Both the position numbers and the translations under genes were made by a program. From an uncultured bacterium (GTDB lineage Bacteria; UBP4; UBA4092), in contig CAVYHJ010000002.1 of NCBI GenBank assembly GCA_963768165.1, positions 389,067 through 453,066 of the forward strand: a DNA stretch of 64,000 bases, read 5' to 3'. Position 1 is the first letter of the stretch, and each line of letters begins with the position of its first letter. Of the stretch, positions 28,112 to 37,981 are shown piece after piece. The notes beneath the pieces are model-generated. The model was not told the DNA's origin. It searched no databases and saw nothing but the letters and a program-made list of their open reading frames with translations.

Positions 28112-28834
28112 ATGCCTAGAATTAAAATAGATAAAAAAGCACTCAAAGAAAATGAAGTCGAAATATTCGTTTTAAAACTCCGTGATTTATTTCAGCAAGA
28201 TCCCAAAAAAATTATCATTCCGGTGGTCGCCGTAGTCGCGGCAGTCGTCCTGGGCGTTTTTACCACACGGTATTTCAAACAACAAAATACCACCTCCGAA
28301 CTTCGTTTGTTTCAAGCAGAGCTTCAATATCGCAGTGCCATGGGATCGTCGGATAGAAGTAATCAAATCGTGGGGTTACAGAAAGCACTAACCGATTTCA
28401 AAAATATCGTTTCTGAAAATTCCTTGACTGTCTATGGGAAAATCGCCGGTGCCTATGTGGGCGATTGTTATTACCATTTGGGACAATATGATGAAGCTAT
28501 CAAAGCCTACCGCGACGCGATTTCTCATGGTGCTCCTAAAATCACCGCTGCATTGGCGCAAATGTCCATCGGGTATGCCTATCTCAATAAATCGGATTAT
28601 AAATCCGCTATTGCGGAATTTCAAAAAGTGGAAACCAATTATCCGGACTCGTTTCTGCTCCCATCGGTTAAATTTGAAATCGGGGACTGTTACGAAAAAC
28701 AAAACGATCCGGCCAAAGCCAAAGATACCTATGAACGTCTTGTGAAAACGTATCCCGATTCAACATGGAAAGAGGAAGCGGAAGCCAGATTATCCATCTT
28801 GACGGGATCGGTCGCGACGACCGCCGCAGGCTAA
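28112..28834 (+). CDS. membrane-anchored TPR-repeat protein (YfgM-like architecture)
   Basis: 240 aa; single N-terminal TM helix (IIIPVVAVVAAVVLGVF) then TPR-like helical repeats. Confidence 0.5.
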   Translation: MPRIKIDKKALKENEVEIFVLKLRDLFQQDPKKIIIPVVAVVAAVVLGVFTTRYFKQQNTTSELRLFQAELQYRSAMGSSDRSNQIVGLQKALTDFKNIVSENSLTVYGKIAGAYVGDCYYHLGQYDEAIKAYRDAISHGAPKITAALAQMSIGYAYLNKSDYKSAIAEFQKVETNYPDSFLLPSVKFEIGDCYEKQNDPAKAKDTYERLVKTYPDSTWKEEAEARLSILTGSVATTAAG

Positions 28835-28861
28835 TTCTCATTCGAAGAAAGGAAGAGTTCT

Positions 28862-29527
28862 ATGAAAAAAGTAAATCATGCATTGGGGTTGCGATATCTT
28901 TTGGCGGGATGTGTCTGCGTCGGATATCTTAGTTTCAGTTACGCGGCACAGGATACCACACTGGCCATAGCGGCGGATTCGGTCAATCAACATCTTGAAA
29001 AAGCCAGTCAGGACATGGAATCCCAGAACCGCGATGCCGCAATTACAGAATTAATGAAAGCCATTAAGGAACAACAACAAATTATCGAAAAATTACAGCA
29101 AACGCCTCCCGCACCGTCAATGCCTCCACAAACCTACTCAAACTATTCAGGACAATCCGGCAATGACAGCAACTTCATAAACCAGTTGAAAAGATCCCTT
29201 CCCCTTATCGGCGGAAGTTATAGTGACGTGGAAGACCAGTGGCGCAAAGCCTATGCCTTGCAGCACAAGGGAATTTTTGATCTGTCGCGGATGGAAGCCA
29301 AACCGGTTTTTCAACAGGCGATTAAAGAATACCGTGTGGTAGTCGAGCAATATCCCGCCAGTAAACGGGCACCCCAAGCCCAGCGTCAAATTGCCTGGAT
29401 TTATAGAAGCCAATTAAAAGATAACGAACAATCCAAAATCGAATGGAATAAATTACTGCAATTATTTCCCAATAGCGAATATGCCACGGAAGCGCATAGA
29501 GAACTGGCGGACTTGGAAGAAAAATAA
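28862..29527 (+). CDS. secreted coiled-coil + TPR protein (CpoB/YbgF-like architecture)
   Basis: 221 aa; signal peptide, Q-rich coiled coil, C-terminal TPR-like segment. Confidence 0.4.
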   Translation: MKKVNHALGLRYLLAGCVCVGYLSFSYAAQDTTLAIAADSVNQHLEKASQDMESQNRDAAITELMKAIKEQQQIIEKLQQTPPAPSMPPQTYSNYSGQSGNDSNFINQLKRSLPLIGGSYSDVEDQWRKAYALQHKGIFDLSRMEAKPVFQQAIKEYRVVVEQYPASKRAPQAQRQIAWIYRSQLKDNEQSKIEWNKLLQLFPNSEYATEAHRELADLEEK

Positions 29528-29646
29528 GATAATTTGTCTCACCTTTGTTCCCTTTACCTTCGGTAGAGACGTAACATGTTACGTCTCTACCATAGCGGGA
29601 AAAAGAAATTGAAGGTGGATTATTTTAGTAAAAGGATCGGTTGACC

Positions 29647-31044
29647 ATGAATTCACATTTTTCAAAACAAATAAAATTAATTATTCTGATTGGTATTATT
29701 GCCGTTTTATGTCTGGCGGTTAATAGCGGTTTTTCAAAAAGCCGCGGCGGCGGCAGTTCGGAAACCTTCGACGGGATACAACTTTTCGCGGAAGTCCTTG
29801 CTAAAATCGAAGCCAATTATGTTGACGAAGTGAAACCGAAAGACCTGATTTATGGCGCCATCCGTGGCATGGTCGGAACCCTCGACCCCTACAGCCAGTT
29901 TATGGATACAGACCAATATAATGAATTGGAAACAGATACCAAAGGTGAATTCGGTGGATTGGGAATCCGCATTATGACAGAAGACGGCTGGCTGGTTGTG
30001 GAATCTCCCATGGAAGGCACTCCCGCTTTCCGCGCGGGTATCAAAGCCAAAGACCGGATTAGTAAAATTGATGGAGAAGCAGTGGTTATTATTCAACAAA
30101 GTTTTGGAGATAGTTCCGTGGGAATGACGGTGGATCAGGCGGTGAAAAAACTCCGCGGACCAAAAGGCACCTCCGTCAAATTGGAAATTGACCGGCCTGG
30201 TGTGAAAGAACCTCTCGAATTCACTATTGTACGCGATATTATTCAAGTGGAAAACATCCGCTCCAAAATGTTCGATAATGAAGGGATGAAGATCGGATAC
30301 ATTCGGCTGATTGAATTTCGTGAAAAATCGGGTGAGGACATTGGTAACGCTTTGGCAAAACTGAAAAAAGACGGGATGCAGGGATTGATTTTGGATTTAC
30401 GCTACAATCCGGGCGGTTTATTAAAAGCGTCTATTGAAGTTGCTGATTTGTTTTTACCGAAAGATAAAGTAGTGGTCAGTACCAAAGGTCGCGCTCCGGG
30501 CAATGATCAGGAATATAAGACCACCGACCGGAAAGACAAATATACCGATATTCCCATGGTCTGTCTGGTCAATGAAGGTTCTGCCAGTGCTTCGGAAATT
30601 GTTGGCGGTGCGTTGCAGGATTACAAGCGGGCGGTGCTCGTTGGTCCGGCAGGCAAAAAAACCTTTGGTAAAGGCTCCGTGCAATCCGTGATGGAATTGC
30701 GTGATAACACCGCATTGCGTCTCACGACTGCCAAATATTATACTCCCAGCGGGCGTTCGATTCATAAAATAGGGTTAACTCCGGATATTGGCGTGGAAGT
30801 CCCCAGGGAAGTCGAAGATTCAATTCTTTTTGCCGGAAAATTAGGCGATTTGGAAATTCCCAAAATTATCAAGACTCAGGAAACCGATTCTACCTTTAAA
30901 TATTCCTCCAGTTCCACGGAAAAAGTGGTGGATGCCCAATTGCAGGAAGGTCTGAACATTCTCAAACTCTCCGATTATTTCAAAAATCCGGGAATCGTTG
31001 AAATCCCGGTTTCTCAAAACACGACCGCATCCGCAAAAAAATAA
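29647..31044 (+). CDS. ctpA: carboxyl-terminal processing protease (peptidase S41, PDZ domain)
   Basis: TM anchor, PDZ region, S41 blocks LDLRYNPGGLL and NEGSASASEIVGGALQD, …GKKTFGKGSVQ. Confidence 0.85.
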   Translation: MNSHFSKQIKLIILIGIIAVLCLAVNSGFSKSRGGGSSETFDGIQLFAEVLAKIEANYVDEVKPKDLIYGAIRGMVGTLDPYSQFMDTDQYNELETDTKGEFGGLGIRIMTEDGWLVVESPMEGTPAFRAGIKAKDRISKIDGEAVVIIQQSFGDSSVGMTVDQAVKKLRGPKGTSVKLEIDRPGVKEPLEFTIVRDIIQVENIRSKMFDNEGMKIGYIRLIEFREKSGEDIGNALAKLKKDGMQGLILDLRYNPGGLLKASIEVADLFLPKDKVVVSTKGRAPGNDQEYKTTDRKDKYTDIPMVCLVNEGSASASEIVGGALQDYKRAVLVGPAGKKTFGKGSVQSVMELRDNTALRLTTAKYYTPSGRSIHKIGLTPDIGVEVPREVEDSILFAGKLGDLEIPKIIKTQETDSTFKYSSSSTEKVVDAQLQEGLNILKLSDYFKNPGIVEIPVSQNTTASAKK

Positions 31045-31051
31045 ACTCCCA

Positions 31052-31084
31052 AACCGGTTGGTCTTCCACCAACCGGTTTTGTTT
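31052..31084 (+). terminator. rho-independent terminator after ctpA
   Basis: aaccggttgg-tcttcca-ccaaccggtt followed by TTGTTT. Confidence 0.6.
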
Positions 31085-31251
31085 CTAGTTTCACTCTTTG
31101 GCATGAACGAGACCAGTCTCGTTCATTACATTACCCGTCAATTTCTATAAATGATGTGCCTGGCGGATTTCAGCCAATCGGGACTCTTTACCAAATGTAG
31201 AAGAGTTATTAGTTGATTGATTTTATTGAAAATAAGAAACCGTTAACATTT

Positions 31252-32455
31252 GAGACCTCTGAAAAAGTATTGTTTTTGTTTTACAAGAGTGATAAATAAA
31301 AAAAGAGAAGGTTGAGGAGGAGGAAAGAAGCGGTTGGGAGAGTCCAACGACCTTTGGAGGAGTCTCCAAAGAGGAGAATACACTGGTATTCTTGTCCTTT
31401 TCGGATTAAGGAGACACAACTCCCCTGCGTTTGACCATCCGGACCAGATTCTCGGCCATGACCGCCATCTCCAAGAATTGTTTCACTCGTTGTAATCCGC
31501 TGACCGTCATCTTGCGTACCCCGCGCCAGAGTTTGAGACACCCGAAATACGATTCAATCAGATACCTTTTCTTCTTTTTCCAGCGCTCATTATGTCGTAC
31601 ATCTTCAGGTTTCTGGACTCGGGCATGGCGCTGATTCCGTAAAATCCCATCCACGATCCCATGGCGTCCCAACCACTCCCGATTCCGTTTCGCATCAAAT
31701 CCCCGGTCCGCCAGCACGATCCCTTCCTCTCCGGTCAATACTTGCGGCAGTAAAAATACATCATGAATATTCGCAGGCACGACTAACGGTCGTCCCCCCA
31801 ACGTCGTCTTGGGATCATAGCGTAAACACACATTATATCCATGCACGATCTTCAAGGGTCCTCGTTTCCCGGTTCCTGCTTCCGGTTCTAAGGGTTTCCC
31901 TTCTGGATCTGTGGCCTCTTTCTTATGATGACTTTCCACGAGGGTCGCATCCACAATCACCACACTCCCTTTCTTTAAGGACACCTTCTGCCGTCCTAAC
32001 TGTTCTTCAAACCAGCCCCACAACTCGTTCTCCACTCCCGCCTGGCGAATTCTCTCCCGAAACTTCACCAGCGTCGTATCATCCGGCACTTCCTCCCCAA
32101 AAGCAATCCCCACAAACTCCCGAAAGGACAACCGATCCGTAACCTCTTCAACTACCCGCACATCTGACAGATTATAAATCCTTTCCAACAACCATATCCG
32201 AAATAATACCTCCGGCGCATACCCCGGACGTCCCTGATCCTTCGAATACATTCCTTCCAACCGTTGATGCAGTCCCTTCCAATCCAGCATCCCTTTCAGT
32301 TTCTCCAAAAACTTCCCGGTCTTCGTATCCAACTCCATCCATCCTTGCAGTAAGTGTCCTTGTCCTTTTTCTTCCCCGATCATGTGTCTCTCCTTTTAGG
32401 TTTTCCTTCCCATACTCTCAATCCCAACAAAAGGTAGACTTTTTCAGAGGTCTCA
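31252..32455 (-). mobile_element. IS5-family insertion sequence, copy B (inverted relative to copy A)
   Basis: Same terminal repeats GAGACCTCTGAAAAAG at 31252 and reverse complement ending ~32455; transposase ~95% identical to copy A. Confidence 0.75.
31406..32383 (-). CDS. IS5-family DDE transposase (copy B)
   Basis: 325 aa, a few substitutions relative to 21983-22960. Confidence 0.75.
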   Translation of the reverse strand: MIGEEKGQGHLLQGWMELDTKTGKFLEKLKGMLDWKGLHQRLEGMYSKDQGRPGYAPEVLFRIWLLERIYNLSDVRVVEEVTDRLSFREFVGIAFGEEVPDDTTLVKFRERIRQAGVENELWGWFEEQLGRQKVSLKKGSVVIVDATLVESHHKKEATDPEGKPLEPEAGTGKRGPLKIVHGYNVCLRYDPKTTLGGRPLVVPANIHDVFLLPQVLTGEEGIVLADRGFDAKRNREWLGRHGIVDGILRNQRHARVQKPEDVRHNERWKKKKRYLIESYFGCLKLWRGVRKMTVSGLQRVKQFLEMAVMAENLVRMVKRRGVVSP

Positions 32456-32636
32456 TTTGTTAAATGTTTTTTTACCTTATTTGGTGGAGTGAATTAATCT
32501 ATATCGTACGAAACCACATAGCAGGTCAAATCTCTCACAGTTGCCAGACTTGAATAGAAAATTTAATTTTGTATTACTATATGCTACATTATTAATATCT
32601 TATTTTTATAACCATCCGGTTTGAGGATTAAAATCG

Positions 32637-33191
32637 ATGTGCATATCTCTTAGTAAAGATAATGTTGAAATTATTAAAAATATCTTTGATATTATTCAAG
32701 CAATAGCAACAGTTTTCGCTATTATCATTGGCGGTATATGGAGCTATATGCTTTTTATAAGAAAAAGACAGAAGTACCCACGTGCTAATATCACACATAA
32801 TATTACTCATAGACAGATTGGAAATAAAAAGATCTTATTGCATGTAGCTGTAACAATTACGAACGTTGGGGATGTTCTCATTGCTTTAGTTTCTGGAGAA
32901 ACCCGTATTCAACAAATACTCCCTTTATCGCTCGAACTACTTAAGTCTATCAATCAAGGGGATAAATTACCTCCTGAGGGTAACACTGAGATTGAATGGC
33001 CTATAATAGATTCTCGGGAGTCCGAATGGCAAAATAACCAAATAGAACCTGGTGAAAACGATCAACTTCATTACGACTTTATACTTGATGATTCAATTAA
33101 GATTATAGAAATATATAGTCATTTTAAGAATGCAAAAATTCCCCAGAAGGATATTGGATGGAATACAACAACAATTTACGATATTTCGTGA
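32637..33191 (+). CDS. hypothetical membrane-anchored protein in AT-rich islet
   Basis: 184 aa; one N-terminal TM helix; no recognisable family; strongly AT-rich codon usage differing from neighbours. Confidence 0.35.
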   Translation: MCISLSKDNVEIIKNIFDIIQAIATVFAIIIGGIWSYMLFIRKRQKYPRANITHNITHRQIGNKKILLHVAVTITNVGDVLIALVSGETRIQQILPLSLELLKSINQGDKLPPEGNTEIEWPIIDSRESEWQNNQIEPGENDQLHYDFILDDSIKIIEIYSHFKNAKIPQKDIGWNTTTIYDIS

Positions 33192-33379
33192 TGGATAACA
33201 TTTATTAAATGCATTATAATCTTGTTTTAAGGAGGATAATATGAAAAATGTTTTAACCAATGAACTTACAAAACAAGCACCAAAGAAACCACGCCCGACT
33301 ACAAAGCCACCAAAATAATTATGTCTGCGTCGGGAATGGTTGATTTTTACCTTTCCCGACGCCCATTCTATCCACGCAT

Positions 33380-33628
33380 TTATTTTCTGCGTTTTGCCAT
33401 CTCTAATTTTTCTTTTCTGGATAATGATTTAATACGAAACTCTTCCTTGGAAGCCAAGGACCGATTGTGATATTTTTTGGAATAGATGAGTTTGACGGGA
33501 CGGCGGGAGCGGGTATATTTTGCGCCTAATTTTGAACTGTTATGTTCCCGCACTCTTCGTTGCAGATTGACGGTAATGCCGGTATATAAAGTCTTATCGG
33601 CACATTTAAGGATATACAGATAATACAT
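33380..33628 (-). CDS. GIY-YIG nuclease-domain protein (UPF0213/YhbQ-like)
   Basis: 82 aa; YYLYILKCADKTLYTGITVNLQRRVREHN GIY-YIG signature. Confidence 0.75.
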   Translation of the reverse strand: MYYLYILKCADKTLYTGITVNLQRRVREHNSSKLGAKYTRSRRPVKLIYSKKYHNRSLASKEEFRIKSLSRKEKLEMAKRRK

Positions 33629-33630
33629 AT

Positions 33631-33825
33631 TTATTCAACAATGTTTTTCACTCGACCCACTTCCCCGGTTTCCAAACGCACCTTTATCCCGTGAGGATGC
33701 TCTGGGGAATTGGTAAGAATATCTTGAACAATGCCTTGGGTTAATTTGTTACTGGACTGGTCCCCTTTTTGAACAATATCCACGCGCAATCCGGCTTTTA
33801 TATTTTTTCGAAGAGTACCATTCAT
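33631..33825 (-). CDS. YwbE-family small protein (DUF2196)
   Basis: 64 aa from internal ATG; GIVQDILTNSPEHPHGIKVRLETGEVGRV conserved block. Confidence 0.55.
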   Translation of the reverse strand: MNGTLRKNIKAGLRVDIVQKGDQSSNKLTQGIVQDILTNSPEHPHGIKVRLETGEVGRVKNIVE

Positions 33826-34014
33826 AGTAAAAATCTGTTCCACAGAATTAAAAACTTTATACATCGGGATGAAGTATCTTTTACGGTTTTTTCGACGCAC
33901 ATTATAATTTAACATCTTGCTTCAAGGATACTAAATAAACCAGAACAATCATCCCTTTCCCTTTTATTTATTTCTATGTAGTCCAACTAAGGATAGATAT
34001 GAAGAATAAGTTAC

Positions 34015-34695
34015 TTATTCGACTGGAACATAAAGAGAGGTTTCGGCGTTAGGATCGGTAGGTCCAGTTCCTAATAAACTTTTTTCATAATATTGGAAGG
34101 TAATCGGCTGAGAAAGTTTCATACCAGATTTCGGCAACCAGGTTTGAAAAATGTAAGCATAGCTTTTTTGTATTTCAAAACTAGACCCCATATGTTGAAA
34201 GAGTGCATATTTGTGAGCCGGCAGGGTCAAGGCCGTCATTCCCGCAGGAACAGAATCAGTATCATTGACTTGGAACCCAACCATATAATCAAGGTTAATA
34301 ATAATATTATTATTAAAAAAGTCAAATGAATTAAGTGAAGTCGTATCAATTGTAACTATGCCTATAACCGCATTGGGATTGATAATATTTTTAATTTCTT
34401 TATATCTTCCTTGTAAAGACATCCAAACTTGAGGTGCATCATTTTTGATATTATTTAAGTTGGTTTTCCGATGAAAACCGACGATTTTAATTTCGTCCAA
34501 CTGAGTGAACTGAGGTTCTGATAGACCCTTTGGCTTTTCTTTAACGATCTGATTAAAAGAATAAGTTGTTTCAGGAGATGTATTTTTTTGATAAAAATAA
34601 TATCCTGCACCCAGAATGGCGATTATAATAATTCCTATAAATAATTTTTTCATTTTAATAAACATCCTTTTAGTTGGGTTATTGTCATTTGTCAA
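34015..34695 (-). CDS. membrane-anchored GyrI-like (AraC effector-binding/Cass2-type) small-molecule-binding domain protein
   Basis: N-terminal TM (likely start MKKLFIGIIIIAILGAG), C-terminal …LTLPAHKYALFQHMGSSFEIQKSYAYIFQTWLPKSGMKLSQPITFQYYE…LYVPVE matching GyrI-like fold pattern. Confidence 0.5.
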   Translation of the reverse strand: MTNDNNPTKRMFIKMKKLFIGIIIIAILGAGYYFYQKNTSPETTYSFNQIVKEKPKGLSEPQFTQLDEIKIVGFHRKTNLNNIKNDAPQVWMSLQGRYKEIKNIINPNAVIGIVTIDTTSLNSFDFFNNNIIINLDYMVGFQVNDTDSVPAGMTALTLPAHKYALFQHMGSSFEIQKSYAYIFQTWLPKSGMKLSQPITFQYYEKSLLGTGPTDPNAETSLYVPVE

Positions 34696-34768
34696 ATTAT
34701 AATGAGCGTATACCGTTTTGTCAAGTACTGTCCTGAATCAACCCTGAGACACCAAAATTTAATAAATC

Positions 34769-36382
34769 TTATCCAAAGTACCGAAAAGATTTCCAAAACT
34801 CCTGCCAAGGTTTACGCAACTTCCGGCAGATGAAGATATCAGGGTGCTCTTTCGTCTCTTCATTTTGGACTCCATACCGATTGGAGCTATGACCTGCAAG
34901 CGTACAGTTTTCGAAGATTTTTTCAGTATCTTCGCGTGACAAACCAATCACTATGAGTGTTTGGGGTGGTGGGTTACCATAGCCGCGCAGCCAGAAGGAA
35001 TTAACTCCGCTGATGGCTTGTGGTAAACCATAGGATGGACCATAGAGATTTATCGCTCCTGCCTCACCGTAATTGCCAGCTAGAATCCCCACATGAGTTC
35101 TCTCTTCAAGGGGTAGTGTGTCACGAATATCCGCCACTGTATGTACCAACTCTGGCCAACCGATTTCTTCACGTAATTCAGGGTTTACCTTATTCACCAA
35201 ATTCCACCAAACGGAATTAATGGGTGCTAGTGGGAGTGACAAACCCATGGCCACTATACCACCAATAATGAGTCCGCTATACAATGAAACCAGTCTTTTT
35301 CTAAGCCGCGCCCCTTTCAATGAGTCCAGTCTTTTCTCTGCCAAGCAAGTCCCCGCGGCTAGCAACATGGGATAAGCCGGTGACAAATAATACCCTTTTC
35401 CTTTAACAATGAAATACAGTACGAAGGGGACTAGGTACACCCACCCCAATATCCGGTATTGCCGACCTTCATGATTTACCCAGTAAAAACGAAATCCATT
35501 AATCCACAACACAATCGTAGCGATATTCGTACAGATATAAAATTGGTCAAGTAGATAGGTTTTGGTACGCCCGAGTTGTATAGCGCGAGCACGGATACTG
35601 CTCAAAAATTGTAGGGAGATAAAATGATGGTGTATCTGCCAAATTAAATTGGGTAAGAAGATTAACAATGCCAAGACTACCCCGCCCCAGAGCCAAGGGC
35701 TTTTTAGATAACGTCTCATCGGTGTAAAGACCACCCCGGCGACAATACCCCCCACAAAGAAAGCCATATTATATTTTGTCATCATCCCCAGCCCGATGAC
35801 TCCACCAATTCCCAGCCACCATCGGGGATTTTCTGATTTGATCAACCGGATTATCAAATAGGCAATGAGTACACACCACAAATAATCAAATGTCATATAT
35901 GTAAAAAGAGATGCGTTGGTAAGTGCCATTGGGGCAATGGCGACCGCCCAGGCGGTAATACCTTGAGCCCAACGTGAACCACCCAGCTCCCCTGCTATCA
36001 GACCGGACAATAATATAATCAGACTTACGGAAAGAGCAGCAAAAGAACGAAGGCCAACCAAAGAGGGACCAAAGAGCTTATAAGCGATGTGGGCTATAAA
36101 CGGAGTTAGCGGCGGATATTCTACGAACCCCCATGCCAAATGACGTCCTTCATCGAGAAATGCCAGTTCATCGCGGTGAAAACCATATTGCCTATTTGTA
36201 AGTGTAAACAGTACAAGAGCACCCAAGGAAAATAGAACTAAAATGTTAAATCCTTCCCTATTTTTATTTTCACTCACCATTTTATAAAACTCCCTGCTTA
36301 AGGGATTTCCATAACCCATCATTATAATATGAAATGGGTAGGATGTATAAGTAGTCGTCCTTGAAAAAGGGAAATAGAACAA
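34769..36382 (-). CDS. GT-C membrane glycosyltransferase, family 39/83-like (ArnT/PMT-type)
   Basis: 537 aa, ~12 TM; DELAFLDEGRHLAWGFVEYPPLTPFIAHIAYKLFG block typical of PMT_2/ArnT-like enzymes. Confidence 0.65.
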   Translation of the reverse strand: MFYFPFSRTTTYTSYPFHIIMMGYGNPLSREFYKMVSENKNREGFNILVLFSLGALVLFTLTNRQYGFHRDELAFLDEGRHLAWGFVEYPPLTPFIAHIAYKLFGPSLVGLRSFAALSVSLIILLSGLIAGELGGSRWAQGITAWAVAIAPMALTNASLFTYMTFDYLWCVLIAYLIIRLIKSENPRWWLGIGGVIGLGMMTKYNMAFFVGGIVAGVVFTPMRRYLKSPWLWGGVVLALLIFLPNLIWQIHHHFISLQFLSSIRARAIQLGRTKTYLLDQFYICTNIATIVLWINGFRFYWVNHEGRQYRILGWVYLVPFVLYFIVKGKGYYLSPAYPMLLAAGTCLAEKRLDSLKGARLRKRLVSLYSGLIIGGIVAMGLSLPLAPINSVWWNLVNKVNPELREEIGWPELVHTVADIRDTLPLEERTHVGILAGNYGEAGAINLYGPSYGLPQAISGVNSFWLRGYGNPPPQTLIVIGLSREDTEKIFENCTLAGHSSNRYGVQNEETKEHPDIFICRKLRKPWQEFWKSFRYFG

Positions 36383-36466
36383 TAAAGATGGGATAGAAAT
36401 GATTTTCTCGCCATGTTAAAATCACCAGGTATATTGAAATAAATACAAATATCTGGAGGATTTAGA

Positions 36467-37867
36467 GTGATTCCATTGACCGATACGACACAAGAGAATT
36501 TATTTAGTGGAGAATTAAAAAGTCTGTGTAATCCCCGCCATCCGTTAATTCAACTGGCCCATCAGATGGAATGGGGAGAACTGGAGGCCGCCTTTGCGGG
36601 GTGTTATTGTCCGGATTTCGGACGTCCCTGCAAACCCATTCGATTACTGGTGGGGATCCATTATTTAAAGCATGCCTATCACTTGAGCGATGAGGAAGTC
36701 GTGGAGCGCTTGGCGGAAAATCCGTACTGGCAATACTTTTGTGGGTTTGAGTATTTTCAGAGGGAGCTTTTCCTGAATGCCAGCTTATTGAGTAAATGGC
36801 GTAAACGGATCCAGCAACAGAAGATGGAGAAGCTCTTAGAGGTGACCATTACCACAGGGTTGAAGACGGGTGCCTTGAAGCGGAGGCAGTTGGCCAAACT
36901 GAATGTGGATACGACGGTGCAGGAGAAAGCAATTACCTATCCCACGGATGCGAAACTGTACCTGAAGATGTTGCAACGCTTGGTGAATCTGTGCCACCAG
37001 GAAGGGATTGAACTGCGGCAGAGCTATACCCGCAAAGCCAAGAAGAGTTTATTTTTGTATCATCGGTATGCCCATGGGCGTAAGGGGAAGAAGGCGCAGA
37101 AGGAATGGAAGAAGTTAAAGGTGTACTTGGGACGGGTGAGTCGGGATGTAGGTCGGAAGGTCCTGAAGGCAAACCGGGAGGAACTCTGGGAGGTATTGGG
37201 ACCGGAATTAGCCATGGCCCAGAGGTTGTTGGAGCAAAAGCGAGAGGATTCTCCGAAACTGTATAGTTTGCATGCCCCGGAGGTGGAATGTATCGCCAAA
37301 GGTAAAGCCCATAAGAAATATGAGTTTGGCTGCAAGGTGAGTGTGGTAGCGACTTCTCAAGATCCGTTCATTGTAGGCATGCAAGCGCTTCACGGGAATC
37401 CCTATGACGGACATACCTTAGAGCAGGCCTTGAAACAGGCCGAGCGGTTGGGACATTTTCAAGCTCAGGAGGTGTATGCGGATCAAGGGTATCGGGGACA
37501 CGATTATGCGGGAGAGGCTACGATTCATCTCAGTCGGTGGAAGTTATCCGGACTCAAAGAATCGGTCATTCGATGGATTAAACGCCGGAGTGCGATTGAA
37601 CCCGTGATCGGACATGCCAAAACCGATGGATGGTTAGGACGAAACTATCTGAAGGGAACCCACGGCGATCACATCAATGCGATCCTCTGCGGATGTGGGT
37701 ACAATATCCGCAAGCTTCTAAGGAAGCTTCTTTTTGTCCTTTGGAAAATTCGGCTCGGGAGGTTCCTTTCTCTCTCCCAAAGTTCCCTCTTTGTGTCCTA
37801 CAATCTAAAAAAGAAACTTTTTCAGGGACATCTAAGTAGAGTCTTGTCCAATACAAGAGAATGCTAA
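36467..37867 (+). CDS. IS5-family DDE transposase of a third, unrelated IS (element ends not resolved)
   Basis: 466 aa; N-terminal transposase-IS4-like helix region, C-terminal NPYDGHTL…ADQGYRG…IEPVIGHAKTDGWLGRNYLKGTHGDHINAILCGCGYNIRKLLR. Confidence 0.7.
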   Translation: MIPLTDTTQENLFSGELKSLCNPRHPLIQLAHQMEWGELEAAFAGCYCPDFGRPCKPIRLLVGIHYLKHAYHLSDEEVVERLAENPYWQYFCGFEYFQRELFLNASLLSKWRKRIQQQKMEKLLEVTITTGLKTGALKRRQLAKLNVDTTVQEKAITYPTDAKLYLKMLQRLVNLCHQEGIELRQSYTRKAKKSLFLYHRYAHGRKGKKAQKEWKKLKVYLGRVSRDVGRKVLKANREELWEVLGPELAMAQRLLEQKREDSPKLYSLHAPEVECIAKGKAHKKYEFGCKVSVVATSQDPFIVGMQALHGNPYDGHTLEQALKQAERLGHFQAQEVYADQGYRGHDYAGEATIHLSRWKLSGLKESVIRWIKRRSAIEPVIGHAKTDGWLGRNYLKGTHGDHINAILCGCGYNIRKLLRKLLFVLWKIRLGRFLSLSQSSLFVSYNLKKKLFQGHLSRVLSNTREC

Positions 37868-37981
37868 AAAAATAAATGAATGTTTTTCCACGTTGGGAAT
37901 GAAGTAACGTGAATTCCCGACACGTCTTAATATAACGAGAGATTCTGCGTGCTTAGCTATAATGACAAACGAGAATAATGA

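Noticed and set aside
29734-30246. 170-aa minus-strand ORF inside ctpA, 186-aa ORF 50937-51497 inside the ROK gene, and 211-aa ORF 46135-46770 inside accC
   Set aside because: All are antisense to strongly supported conserved genes.
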